Below, in pieces: positions 1-8,947 of a stretch of 64,000 nucleotides of DNA (positions within the stretch are counted from its first letter, which is position 1; each line of letters begins with the position of its first letter). The DNA comes from Opitutia bacterium (GTDB lineage Bacteria; Verrucomicrobiota; Verrucomicrobiia; Opitutales; T3Sed10-336). The translations under genes and the position numbers were made by a program. The DNA lies in contig JBJHCF010000018.1 of the NCBI GenBank assembly GCA_050506795.1, positions 26,331 to 90,330 of the forward strand. Reading direction: 5' to 3'. The notes beneath the pieces are model-generated. The model did not search any database and was not told the origin of the DNA. It saw only the letters and a list, made by a program, of their open reading frames with translations.

Positions 1-828
1 CAATTCGGTCAGCGAAGCCTCAACCCCGAGGCGCTCCAGGCTGGAAGCTCCAACAAAACCGACCGCGTCGGTGTGTTCGTTGATGTAGGCGGCGTCTTCC
101 GGCGTGGCGATCGGACCGCCGTGGGACAGGAACAGAATATCCTTGCGCACCTGGCGCGCGGCATCGATCACCGCCTGGGTGGAACGCACGGCATCGTCCA
201 TGGTCACCACCGCCTTGCTGACCCCGATGGATCCACCCACGGTGGTTCCCACGTGGGCGATTATGGCATCCGCTCCCGCTTCAGCCATGTGTTTGGCCTC
301 CTCGGGAGTCGCCACGTAAACAATGGAAAATAGATCCATTCGCCGGGCCAGCGACACCATTTCGTATTCCTTCTTGACGCTCATGCCGGTCTCTTCCAGC
401 ACCTGGCGAAAATGACCGTCGACGATCGTATGGGTGGGGAAATTATTCACCCCGGAGAACCCCATATCCTTAACCTTGAGCAGCCAGTGCCACATGCGCC
501 GGCGGGGATCTGTGGCGTGCACCCCGCAGATCACCGGAACTTCCTCCACCGTGGGCAACACCTCGTATTCGCCGATCTCCATGGCCACCGCATTGGCGTC
601 GCCGTAAGCCATCATACCGCAGGAGGAACCGTGGCCGCTCATCCGGAACCGTCCCGAATTATAAATAATAATCAGGTCCGCGCCTCCCTTTTCGATGAAC
701 TTCGCCGAAATGCCCGTCCCGGCTCCGGCCGCGATGATCGGCTCGCCGTTGCGCAGGCTCTCGTGAAGGCGTTCCACAACTTCCTTACGGGTGTAAGGGT
801 TTCCTTTTCCAGTCCAGGGATTTGGCAT
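1..828 (-). CDS. Phosphoenolpyruvate hydrolase-like / TIM-barrel signal transduction family protein (3' end outside window)
   Basis: Not in ORF track. Manual translation from ATG at 828: MPNPWTGKGNPYTRKEVVERL...IIAAGAGTGISAKFIEKGGADLIIIYNSGRFRM...LSHGGPIATPEDA...GFVGASSLERL, open to the window edge. GAGTGISAK, YNSGRFRM and GASS are hallmarks of this family. Confidence 0.9.
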   Translation of the reverse strand, partial: MPNPWTGKGNPYTRKEVVERLHESLRNGEPIIAAGAGTGISAKFIEKGGADLIIIYNSGRFRMSGHGSSCGMMAYGDANAVAMEIGEYEVLPTVEEVPVICGVHATDPRRRMWHWLLKVKDMGFSGVNNFPTHTIVDGHFRQVLEETGMSVKKEYEMVSLARRMDLFSIVYVATPEEAKHMAEAGADAIIAHVGTTVGGSIGVSKAVVTMDDAVRSTQAVIDAARQVRKDILFLSHGGPIATPEDAAYINEHTDAVGFVGASSLERLGVEASLTEL

Positions 829-983
829 AAAATTCTCCAGATGAGTTTCACCTTGATCGGTGCCCGCAAGCGAGCGCCGGCAATCAGGCGAAACAAAAAC
901 CTATTCCCCGAATTGGCAATAGAAATTGCTCATACATATAGATATTTCTTGTCAATCCGGCCCGAAATCCATCTAAAGGAACC

Positions 984-1424
984 ATGGCTGATCAAAACCC
1001 TAAAGGACACCGCTTCGTCGGGAAAAACGAACTCATGGTGGAGGACGCCGAACGCGGCAGCATCGAGTGGCTGAGCCGCGCCGAGGTCACCAACGCCGAC
1101 CAGTTGATGATCGCGCGAGTGGTCATGGAGCCGGGCCAGAACCACGGATTCCATTATCACCCGCGGCGCGAGGAGGCCATCTACGTGCTGGAGGGCAAAC
1201 TTGAGCAATGGATTGAAGGCGAAAAACGAGTCCTCGGGCCGGGCGACGTCGCCCACATTCCCACCGAGGTGGTGCATGCCACTTTCACCCTCCCCGACAC
1301 CACAGTGACATTTCTGGCCATACTCTCCCCCTCCCAGTTCGGTGGCGATGAAGTCGAGTTCATGATCGACGTCAGCGATCAGGAACCCTGGGCCGGCTAT
1401 CTGGCGAATCGAAAGGAAGGGTAA
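984..1424 (+). CDS. Cupin domain protein
   Basis: HGFHYHPRREEAIYVLEG and GDVAHIPTEVVH cupin motifs; AAGGA SD; divergent from the TIM-barrel gene. Confidence 0.9.
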   Translation: MADQNPKGHRFVGKNELMVEDAERGSIEWLSRAEVTNADQLMIARVVMEPGQNHGFHYHPRREEAIYVLEGKLEQWIEGEKRVLGPGDVAHIPTEVVHATFTLPDTTVTFLAILSPSQFGGDEVEFMIDVSDQEPWAGYLANRKEG

Positions 1425-1435
1425 AGGCTTACTCC

Positions 1436-1640
1436 GAATGGCACTCGGTTAAGGCCCGTCGATCAAAGCAGCTTTGCCGAATCGCATCGGCTCTTCCCCT
1501 GGAGGGCCATGCTCCCGCATGGCCGCGCGGGCATCCTGCCCGCACCGGCGGCGCGGGAGCGCCGCCCTCCAGGAAAGGGAAGCGTGATCTCGTCTCGATT
1601 GGCTTAAATCAAACGAAAAACCGCCTTAACCGTGCCATTC
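1436..1640. mobile_element. MITE with IS4-like terminal inverted repeats (type A hairpin cargo)
   Basis: Ends GAATGGCACTCGGTTAAG and CTTAACCGTGCCATTC; flanks GGCTTACTCC (1426-1435) and GGCTGACTCC (1641-1650) form a 9/10 target duplication; no transposase. Confidence 0.85.
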
Positions 1641-2837
1641 GGCTGACTCCACCTTTTCGCGCACCGCATCGCGCAGGAGTTCGCCGGTGCGAGGCAAGGC
1701 TTCGGGCAGAGGCATGCCCGAGGGAGTGACGGGAACCACACGCACGCCGTCTCTTTTCAGGGCGGCTTCGGATTCCGCCGACAACTGAACCGATCCGGCG
1801 AACACCAGGACCGGTTTGCCCGCCTCCACCGCTTCCCGCACAACCCGCCCCGGCCCTTTGCCGGAAAGCGACGCGTCGTCGAATCGCCCTTCCCCGGTCA
1901 AAACCAGATCGGCGCCGCGCACCCGCTCCCGCAAATTCAACCAGTCGGCCACCAGTTCGAACCCCCCGACCCATTCGGCGCCGCATCCCACGCGGAGCCC
2001 AAAGCCCAGACCGCCGGCCGCGCCGGCGCCGGGTTCGTCGACCAGCGAATCCGGCCGGCCGAAAGCCCGGCAGAGCAAACGCGCCATTCTGCCGGTCGCT
2101 TCGTCGAGCGATGGCAAGCTATCTTCCGAGGCCCCTTTTTGCGGCGCGAAAACAAACGCGGCGCCGTTTTTTCCGAGCAACGGATTCTCCACATCGCAAG
2201 CCACCCGAATCGGAGGCAACCCTATCATGCCGTCCACCGAAAATCCTCCGATACGCCGCCAAAACCGCGGCAGACAAAGATCCCGCGGCGAATCCGGAAG
2301 CGCGGCACTGTCCTCGCCGTCCAAAACGGGCTCCAGACCCAGCGCGGTCAAAGCCCCGAGACCGATATCGTGCGTGGCGCTGCCGCCGATCCCCAGGAGC
2401 AGGGCATCGGCGCCTTCCCGGGCCGCCCGCAACAGAATCTCACCGGTCCCGAACGTAGTGGTCACCATCGGGTCCCGCTCCGCCGGGGGCAACAGAGCCA
2501 ACCCGCTCGCCTGCGCCATTTCAACAACCGCCAGCCGGCCGCTGTCCGGAAAACCGCACAACTGCCGAACGGCGGGCGCCAGGTTCTCCAACCGGACGGT
2601 CCCGTAGCTTGCTTTCACCTCATTGAATCGCGGTCCACAAACCGAAATCCCGTGCAGTTCACCCCCAGCCGCCCGGGTCAGGATCTCCGCGAATCCCTCT
2701 CCTCCGTCGCTCAATGGCGCAAGATCGACCGAAAACAGTCCATCCCGGTCACGCAAACCCTGCGCCGCCGCGTCACAGATTTCCGCCGCGCTGAGCGCGT
2801 CCTTGAACTTATCGAAAACCAGTAGTGCTTTTTTCAC
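1626..2837 (-). CDS. glxK: Glycerate kinase (GlxK/GarK family)
   Basis: DKFKDALSA, PLSDGGEG, GIGGSATHDIG, FAPQKGA, GAGAAGGLG, TGEGRFD..SL.GK motifs. Confidence 0.95.
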   Translation of the reverse strand: MKKALLVFDKFKDALSAAEICDAAAQGLRDRDGLFSVDLAPLSDGGEGFAEILTRAAGGELHGISVCGPRFNEVKASYGTVRLENLAPAVRQLCGFPDSGRLAVVEMAQASGLALLPPAERDPMVTTTFGTGEILLRAAREGADALLLGIGGSATHDIGLGALTALGLEPVLDGEDSAALPDSPRDLCLPRFWRRIGGFSVDGMIGLPPIRVACDVENPLLGKNGAAFVFAPQKGASEDSLPSLDEATGRMARLLCRAFGRPDSLVDEPGAGAAGGLGFGLRVGCGAEWVGGFELVADWLNLRERVRGADLVLTGEGRFDDASLSGKGPGRVVREAVEAGKPVLVFAGSVQLSAESEAALKRDGVRVVPVTPSGMPLPEALPRTGELLRDAVREKVESAEWHG

Positions 2838-2935
2838 CTAAATGACCGTTCTGAAAAGCGGGCCGGGGCGTCCCGATTTGTTTACATATGCCTATATGTT
2901 TTCGTCGACCACGACGCGACGTCCAGCCTTAATTG

Positions 2936-3096
2936 CCCGCATCGGCCGTTCGCACGAGGGCCATGCTCCCGCATGGCCGCCGACCTGGAAGCGCGGGCAT
3001 CCTGCCCGCACCGGCGGCGCGGGAGCGCCGCCCTCCAGGAAGCAGAGGCGCGATTCCGATTTCATCAAACGATGAACCTGCTTAACCGTGCCATTC
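2936..3096. repeat. Partial copy of the IS4-like MITE (type A cargo, one TIR)
   Basis: Shares GGCCATGCTCCCGCATGGCC, GCGGGCATCCTGCCCGC and GGCGGCGCGGGAGCGCCGCC hairpins with 1436-1640; ends in CTTAACCGTGCCATTC. Confidence 0.8.
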
Positions 3097-3146
3097 GAGC
3101 CGGGGACCGGATCGCCGGGTTCGCCGGGTTCGCCGGATGACGGAGC

Positions 3147-4448
3147 TCACTCTTCCTTTTCGGTGTCCTCCACCGGTGGCGCGGGCAGCCGGACCTGGGC
3201 GCTGAGCACGCGTTTTTCGGAAACGCCGGTCACCGTGACTTCGAGCAACCCAAGTAGGAACTTTTCCCGGTCGCGGGGCATGCGGCCCAGTTCGGAGGTG
3301 ATCAAACCGCCGAAGGTGGACACCTCCGTATCCGACAGTTCGATACCCAGTCGCTCGGCGACGTCGTGTATTGGAGTCAGCCCATCGATCTGGTAGGACC
3401 CGTCTTCCAACGTTTGAATCTGGGTTTCCTCGCGGTCGAACTCATCATGGATTTCCCCCACCAGTTCCTCCAGAATGTCCTCCAGGGTGATGGCCCCCAC
3501 CGCGCCCCCGAACTCATCCACGGCCAGGGCCATGTGGATCTTTTGCTGCAGGAAACGCTCCAGCACGTAATCGAGCGAGTCGTCCACCGAAAAGCGCTGG
3601 ATGTCGCGCCGGAACTTCCTCAAGTCGAGACGGTTCAAATCGTTTTTCTGCCGAAACAGGTCCTTGATGTGCACCAGGCCGACACAGCGGTCGAGGTCGC
3701 CCTCGCAGAGGGGAAAACGGGTGTGGCCGCTTTTGCGGGCCACTTCGATGTTGGCGACAATTCCGTCCTCCAGATCGAAGTACTGCAGGCGGTTTCGCGG
3801 AATGACGACATCCTGCGCCACCAGATTGCGAAGCTGCAGGGCGTTGCTGAGAATCCGTTCGGTTATAGGCGAAACCTCCTCGCCGTCGGACAACAACGAA
3901 CGTATCTGCACCTCGACATCGATCAAGTTGGTCTCCTGCCCCGTTTCCGCATTGAGGGTTTTCAGGATCGCGTTGGCCGATTTTTCCAGGAGTGTGGACA
4001 GGGGCCGCAGCAGACCGGCGAATATTCGAATGAAAATCGAAGACGCACCCAGCGCCTGGATGGGATAACGGATGCCCAATGCTCGCGGCACGAGTTCCCC
4101 GACCACGGTCATAAAAAACCAGGTCACCAGGAAACAGCCCACCCAGGCCGATCCGCGGACCGCGCCGCTTTCCGATGCTCCGGTCAGGGTGAAAACGCGC
4201 TCCACCACAAAAACCATCAGGATTCCCACCCCCAATGTGCAGGCGATACTGCCGAATTTGATGGCCCGGGCATGGCGACCCGCAGAGCCCATCAGCGCCA
4301 CAATGGCCCGACGGCTTTTCGCCTTATCCAGCAGGGCGGTGTCGAACCGGGTAAAGTGGAGCTTGATCAGACTGTAATCCGCCGCGACGAACACGGCGTG
4401 CAGAAAGACGAGGCCAAAAATGATCAACAGCGGCCAAAGAATATCCAT
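3147..4448 (-). CDS. Hemolysin/CNNM-family membrane protein (DUF21 + CBS pair + CorC_HlyC domain)
   Basis: N-terminal TM region with GELVPR; SGHTRFPLCEGDLD; VDEFGGAVGAITLEDILEELVGEIHDEFD. Confidence 0.92.
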   Translation of the reverse strand: MDILWPLLIIFGLVFLHAVFVAADYSLIKLHFTRFDTALLDKAKSRRAIVALMGSAGRHARAIKFGSIACTLGVGILMVFVVERVFTLTGASESGAVRGSAWVGCFLVTWFFMTVVGELVPRALGIRYPIQALGASSIFIRIFAGLLRPLSTLLEKSANAILKTLNAETGQETNLIDVEVQIRSLLSDGEEVSPITERILSNALQLRNLVAQDVVIPRNRLQYFDLEDGIVANIEVARKSGHTRFPLCEGDLDRCVGLVHIKDLFRQKNDLNRLDLRKFRRDIQRFSVDDSLDYVLERFLQQKIHMALAVDEFGGAVGAITLEDILEELVGEIHDEFDREETQIQTLEDGSYQIDGLTPIHDVAERLGIELSDTEVSTFGGLITSELGRMPRDREKFLLGLLEVTVTGVSEKRVLSAQVRLPAPPVEDTEKEE

Positions 4449-4545
4449 GATGCAAAACCGGGCGGAGCCGGAACTGAAAGTTCGCGCGGGAAACGGTTCG
4501 CTGTCAACGGGAATCGGGACCGGCGGGGGAACCGGTTCCGCCGTC

Positions 4546-5487
4546 TCAACCCCTCACTTCCAATCCGAAAGGCACGTAGACTTCACGTCCGTCGATCTTC
4601 ACCTGTGCCCAGATCTTGTAGAAACCCGGCCGGTTCACCTGGAGCATGAACCCGATCTCCGGACGCAACGGATCGAGGTCGTAGCCGGTGCCTTCGAACA
4701 GTGGGTGCATGTGGGTGAAACCGCTGCGGTCCGTGTCGAAGCCCACCAGGTGCGCGTACTCGCCCATGATGGGCTGCAGGGTGACCGGACGGCCGGATTC
4801 CCGGTGGGCGACGCGCAGGTGAAGGGCTTGAGGCCGCCCCGCCCGGTAGCCTTCCTCCGGGACCGCCAGTTCGAACCGGTAATCCCCCACCTCAATCTCG
4901 CGGTCGGTCCGCACCTCGATCGGACGTCCCTCTCCGGGTACCGGAAAATCGGTCACGGCATAGACGGGCCGTCCGGTGCGAAGGGAGTAAAACTCGGCGA
5001 AGATCTTGTAGTCCCCACTCGCCCGCGGAGTGAAGGAAAAGCGGTACTCGCCGGGAACATCACCCGGACGCGGGTGCTTGTGATGGTAATCGCCCAGACT
5101 CGGATCCACGATCAGCAGGTGCACCATTTCCTCGTGAGTTTCCCGGATGTCGTCGAAGGTGATTGCCTTGCCGCCAACCGTCTCAATGGAAAACACCACC
5201 TCGACCTCCTCGCCGGGTACCGGCGGATTCAGGGGGCTGGCGTGCAACCGTACCGGTGACACCCGGTTATTGACCGCGCTGAATCCGAGATTGCTCACGT
5301 CGCACAGTTCCACCCGGCGGTCGGTGGCGCCGGCGGCGGCGAGGAACTGCCCCGGCCGTTCGGGCGCCACCGCTCCGGGGGCCAGGCGCAAAAGGAAAAA
5401 GAGCATCACCGCCGCGCCCGTGATCAGCAGCGTCTGTTTTTTCCGCGAGGGCTCCAAGTCGTGCCACAGCTTTTTCATCGCGCTCAT
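4546..5487 (-). CDS. Exported His-rich putative heavy-metal (Cu) binding protein
   Basis: N-terminal hydrophobic segment; duplicated motif HLLIVD..L.DYHHKHP / AHLVGF...FTHMHP; overlaps the stop of the SCO gene. Confidence 0.65.
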   Translation of the reverse strand: MSAMKKLWHDLEPSRKKQTLLITGAAVMLFFLLRLAPGAVAPERPGQFLAAAGATDRRVELCDVSNLGFSAVNNRVSPVRLHASPLNPPVPGEEVEVVFSIETVGGKAITFDDIRETHEEMVHLLIVDPSLGDYHHKHPRPGDVPGEYRFSFTPRASGDYKIFAEFYSLRTGRPVYAVTDFPVPGEGRPIEVRTDREIEVGDYRFELAVPEEGYRAGRPQALHLRVAHRESGRPVTLQPIMGEYAHLVGFDTDRSGFTHMHPLFEGTGYDLDPLRPEIGFMLQVNRPGFYKIWAQVKIDGREVYVPFGLEVRG

Positions 5488-6407
5488 ACGCCTCCCTCCT
5501 CTCGCAATCGGTTTAGAAAATCACTGACCAGCCAGCGACTTCCGTCGACCCGGTGGACGACGGAACCGTTCTCATCGATGAGCAGGGTCGCCATGGTGTG
5601 CTGAAAGTACATGTCGTCGTCCGGGTAGGAGAGGATGCCGATTTGCGTCATCAGGTCCCGCACGGCGCGTTCGGGTCCGGTGAGAAAGGAAAAATTCTCC
5701 AAATCAATCATGCGGTCGGTAGCGTACTCCCGAAGCACTCCCGGCGTGTCGTATTCCGGGTCGAGGGTCACCGACACCAACTCAAACCGTTCCACCCCCG
5801 CCTCGGTCGCCGCCCGCTGCAACTGCCGCATGCGCTCGGTCGCCGCCGGGCACATTTCCGGATCCATACAGCGGGTGAAGATGAAATTCATCACCACCCG
5901 GTTTCCCGAAAAACGCTCCGGCCGGACCACTCGCCCGAACTGGTCGTACAAGGCGAAACGCGGCAGGCTTTCGCCTTCCAAGAGGTAAGCTCCCTCGCCG
6001 CGCAGAACGGTATCCTGGCGCAACCGGCGGTTGACAGCCTCGACCACCCGGGCGGAATCGTCGTCCGCCGGCCACACGCCCTCCAAACGGTAGGCGGTGC
6101 CTTCGTCTTCGGCATCCAACAGCAACGCCCGTATGCGCGCTCCGGCCTCGGCGTTGGCCAGATCTCCCCGGCGAACGGAGGCCCAGACTTCCGGTTCGGT
6201 CAGGAAGTCGGCGCCCGAGCCGACCTCCACCCGGACCGCTCCTCGGACCTCATCCACCTCCAGGATCGTGCCGCTGAAGGCGCGCGCGTCCCTGGCGTTT
6301 TCCGAACAACCGCTCAGAAACAACGCTCCCAGCCCAAATCCGGCCAATAAACAAGCCGTGTAAAGGCAGGTTCTCACTCGCTTCGACTGTAAACAATTCA
6401 CGACCAT
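5484..6407 (-). CDS. SCO1/SenC family copper chaperone (lipoprotein)
   Basis: FIFTRCMDPEMCP, SVTLDPEYDTP.VL..YA, HTMATLLID; lipobox-like LSGC. Start taken at ATG 6407 rather than the longer ORF. Confidence 0.9.
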   Translation of the reverse strand: MVVNCLQSKRVRTCLYTACLLAGFGLGALFLSGCSENARDARAFSGTILEVDEVRGAVRVEVGSGADFLTEPEVWASVRRGDLANAEAGARIRALLLDAEDEGTAYRLEGVWPADDDSARVVEAVNRRLRQDTVLRGEGAYLLEGESLPRFALYDQFGRVVRPERFSGNRVVMNFIFTRCMDPEMCPAATERMRQLQRAATEAGVERFELVSVTLDPEYDTPGVLREYATDRMIDLENFSFLTGPERAVRDLMTQIGILSYPDDDMYFQHTMATLLIDENGSVVHRVDGSRWLVSDFLNRLREEGGV

Positions 6408-6532
6408 ACCGCTTTCGAAAAACCTTTCGCGTGTTAAACTTCCTCTTGCCACCCGACAGCACCCATTATTGGCTGTTTGGTTTCGCAAGCAATTCCTGTC
6501 GTCAGAATCCATCATCATCGAACTGCCGCACG

Positions 6533-7573
6533 ATGCCGTCAATAGCCGTCCGCCAAAGGAATCAAAATCATAAGCCCGCCCTGGCGTGGCTGGCCTGGTT
6601 CACCGTGTCCTGGACGCTTCTCCTGCTGTTCATGGGCGGATTCACCACCAGCATCGGCGCCGGCATGGTTTTCCTGGACTGGCCGCTGTCGGACGGCTCC
6701 CTCAACCCGCAGGGGTGGCTGAGCGACCAGGATATGTTCGCCGAACACAGCCACCGGCTGCTCGGCGCGCAGGTCGGCCTGCTGGTCATGGCGATCGGCA
6801 TCTATATTTTCCTCAAAGAGGAACGCCCCTGGCTGCGCTGGCTGGCACTGTTCGCCTTCCTGCTGGTGACCGTCCAGGGGCTCCTGGGCGGCGGACGAGT
6901 GCTTTTCGACGAACTGAACATCGAATCCGACCACAACCTGCTCGCCCAAACCCTGGCCATCATCCACGCCTGCGCCGCGCAGATTTTCCTCTGTGTCATG
7001 GTAGCCATCTCCCTCGGACTCACCCGATTCTGGATCGAGCGCAACGCCGGACTGAGCCGGCCGATGCCGCGGGGTCTGAAGCTTTGGGGATTGGCCGCCT
7101 GCGTCGCGATTTTCCTGCAGTTGATCGCGGGCGCGGTCATGCGGCACCATCACGCCGGCATGGCCATTCCGTATTTCCCCCTCTCCTCCCCGGACTCGCT
7201 GCTGCCGGCCGCCTGGGGTTTTCACGTCGGCATCCACTTCGCTCACCGGGTGGGAGCGGTGGTGGTCACCGTCGTTTTGCTGGCGTTTGTGTGGCAACTC
7301 TGGCGACGGCCCGAAGCCCTCCCGGTCCAGCGTGTCCTGGCCGCCTCTCTGGTTCTACTGCTGACAATCCAGATTTACCTGGGAGCGTCCATCATTTGGA
7401 GCGTGCGCAATCCCTACCCGACGACCCTGCACGTTATCGTCGGCGCGCTCATCCTGGCGACCGCCTGGGCCATTACCTTCACCTGCTTTCGCCGCACGGA
7501 GCCGGTTGCCTACGGGGCAAGGAACGACGTCGAACGTCAAACAAACCCCAGCGGCGCCGCGATCGGAGGATGA
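6533..7573 (+). CDS. ctaA: Heme A synthase (COX15/CtaA)
   Basis: GM.F.DWP, EHSHRLLG, QGLLGG.RV, HFAHR, TTLHV; multi-TM. Start at ATG 6533 (MPSIAV). Confidence 0.92.
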   Translation: MPSIAVRQRNQNHKPALAWLAWFTVSWTLLLLFMGGFTTSIGAGMVFLDWPLSDGSLNPQGWLSDQDMFAEHSHRLLGAQVGLLVMAIGIYIFLKEERPWLRWLALFAFLLVTVQGLLGGGRVLFDELNIESDHNLLAQTLAIIHACAAQIFLCVMVAISLGLTRFWIERNAGLSRPMPRGLKLWGLAACVAIFLQLIAGAVMRHHHAGMAIPYFPLSSPDSLLPAAWGFHVGIHFAHRVGAVVVTVVLLAFVWQLWRRPEALPVQRVLAASLVLLLTIQIYLGASIIWSVRNPYPTTLHVIVGALILATAWAITFTCFRRTEPVAYGARNDVERQTNPSGAAIGG

Positions 7574-8493
7574 TGGCGACCTCGGCAAAAACCCGGCGTC
7601 CCGCCGAGGGGTCCACCGTCGACCCGGTCCTTCCCGCCTGGAGCCGGTACCTGGATCTGACCAAACCGAGGCTCAGCCTCCTTTCGGTGCTGACCGTGCT
7701 GATCGGCTACTTCGCCGCGCGCCCGGCGCTCGACCCCTGGGTGATTTTCCACCTGGCGGTCGGGACCTCCCTGGCGGCCGGCGGAGCCGCCGCCCTGAAC
7801 CAGTGGTGGGAACGCCGGACCGACGCCGCCATGCGCCGGACGCGCGATCGCCCGCTGCCCGCCGGCGACATCCACCCCGCCCGGGCGGCCGCCCTCGGAC
7901 TGCTGCTTTCCCTGATCGGAGCGGTGCAACTCCTGCTCTGGGTGAACCTCCTCGCCGGATTGCTGCTGGTCCTGACCGTGGCCACCTACGTCCTGGTGTA
8001 CACTCCCCTTAAGAAACGAACCCACTGGTGCACCGAGGTAGGCGCGATCTCCGGAGCGCTCCCGCCGCTCATCGGATGGGCGGGCGCGGAAGGCGCGCTC
8101 GGACCGGGCGCCTGGGTGCTGTTCGGTGTGCTCGCCTTCTGGCAAATGCCGCATTTCCACGCCATCGCCTGGTTGTACCGGCAGGACTACGCCGCCGCCG
8201 GCTTCCCCATGCTGGCGGTAATCGATTCCGGAGGCGCCCGGCTCGCCCGGCACATGAACGCCTACGGCGTTTTGCTGTTTCTCTGCGCCCTGGGACCGGT
8301 GGCCCTGGGCATGACCGGGTTGCTTTACCCGGCGGCGGCCGTCCTGCTGAACGGTTATTTCCTGCGGGAAATCCTGCGGTTTCATCGCGGCGCCGATCGC
8401 GACGCCGCGGCCCGTAAAATCTTTTTCGCCTCCATCCTGCTCCTGCCACTCCTGCTGGGAGCGCTGGTGGTCGACGTCTGGTTCGTCAGGTAA
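7570..8493 (+). CDS. cyoE: Protoheme IX farnesyltransferase (heme O synthase)
   Basis: LTKPR, NQWWERRTDAAMRRTRDRPLP, YTPLKK, GAISGALPPLIGW, WQMPHF; ATGA overlap with ctaA. The 5' part of the 635-aa ORF is a shadow of ctaA. Confidence 0.95.
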   Translation: MMATSAKTRRPAEGSTVDPVLPAWSRYLDLTKPRLSLLSVLTVLIGYFAARPALDPWVIFHLAVGTSLAAGGAAALNQWWERRTDAAMRRTRDRPLPAGDIHPARAAALGLLLSLIGAVQLLLWVNLLAGLLLVLTVATYVLVYTPLKKRTHWCTEVGAISGALPPLIGWAGAEGALGPGAWVLFGVLAFWQMPHFHAIAWLYRQDYAAAGFPMLAVIDSGGARLARHMNAYGVLLFLCALGPVALGMTGLLYPAAAVLLNGYFLREILRFHRGADRDAAARKIFFASILLLPLLLGALVVDVWFVR

Positions 8494-8499
8494 GCCGCT

Positions 8500-8931
8500 A
8501 TGACCTTTACCGAATTTCTTCCCACACTGAACGCCATTCTCAACGGGATCGCCACCGCCCTGTTGACCGCCGGGTTCATCGCCATCATGCGGCAGAAAGT
8601 CAAAGGCCACCGCACCTGCATGGTGTCCGCCTTCGGCGTGTCTCTGGTCTTCCTCTTTTTCTACGTTTTGCACAAGGTTCTGGTCCGCGGAGTGCACACG
8701 GAGTTCCAGGGTGAAGGGCTCTGGGCCTGGATCTATTATCCCATGCTCATTTCCCACATCATCCTGGCCATGGTGATCGTGCCCCTGGTGATCGTCACTT
8801 TCCTGCACGCCCTCAAAGGCCGCTTCAAACGGCACCGCGCCTGGGCGCGGTGGACCTTCCCGCTCTGGTATTACGTTTCCGTGACCGGGGTGCTGGTGTA
8901 CTTCTTCCTCTACCACTGGTTCACTGGCTGA
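8500..8931 (+). CDS. DUF420 family membrane protein (oxidase assembly associated)
   Basis: LPTLNAILN, HRTCM, FL..Y..H, LISHIILA, H...ARWTFPLWYYVSVTGVLVY. Confidence 0.9.
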   Translation: MTFTEFLPTLNAILNGIATALLTAGFIAIMRQKVKGHRTCMVSAFGVSLVFLFFYVLHKVLVRGVHTEFQGEGLWAWIYYPMLISHIILAMVIVPLVIVTFLHALKGRFKRHRAWARWTFPLWYYVSVTGVLVYFFLYHWFTG

Positions 8932-8947
8932 AAGCCCAAAGGTCGCC

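Noticed and set aside
3110..3140. TCGCCGGGT tandem repeat, and heptamer runs near 10070-10100 and 25785-25810
   Set aside because: Only about three imperfect units each in intergenic DNA; no supportable function.
6586..7569. 5' half of the 635-aa ORF as a CtaA-CtaB fusion
   Set aside because: It is an off-frame shadow of ctaA; cyoE starts at 7570 with an ATGA overlap.
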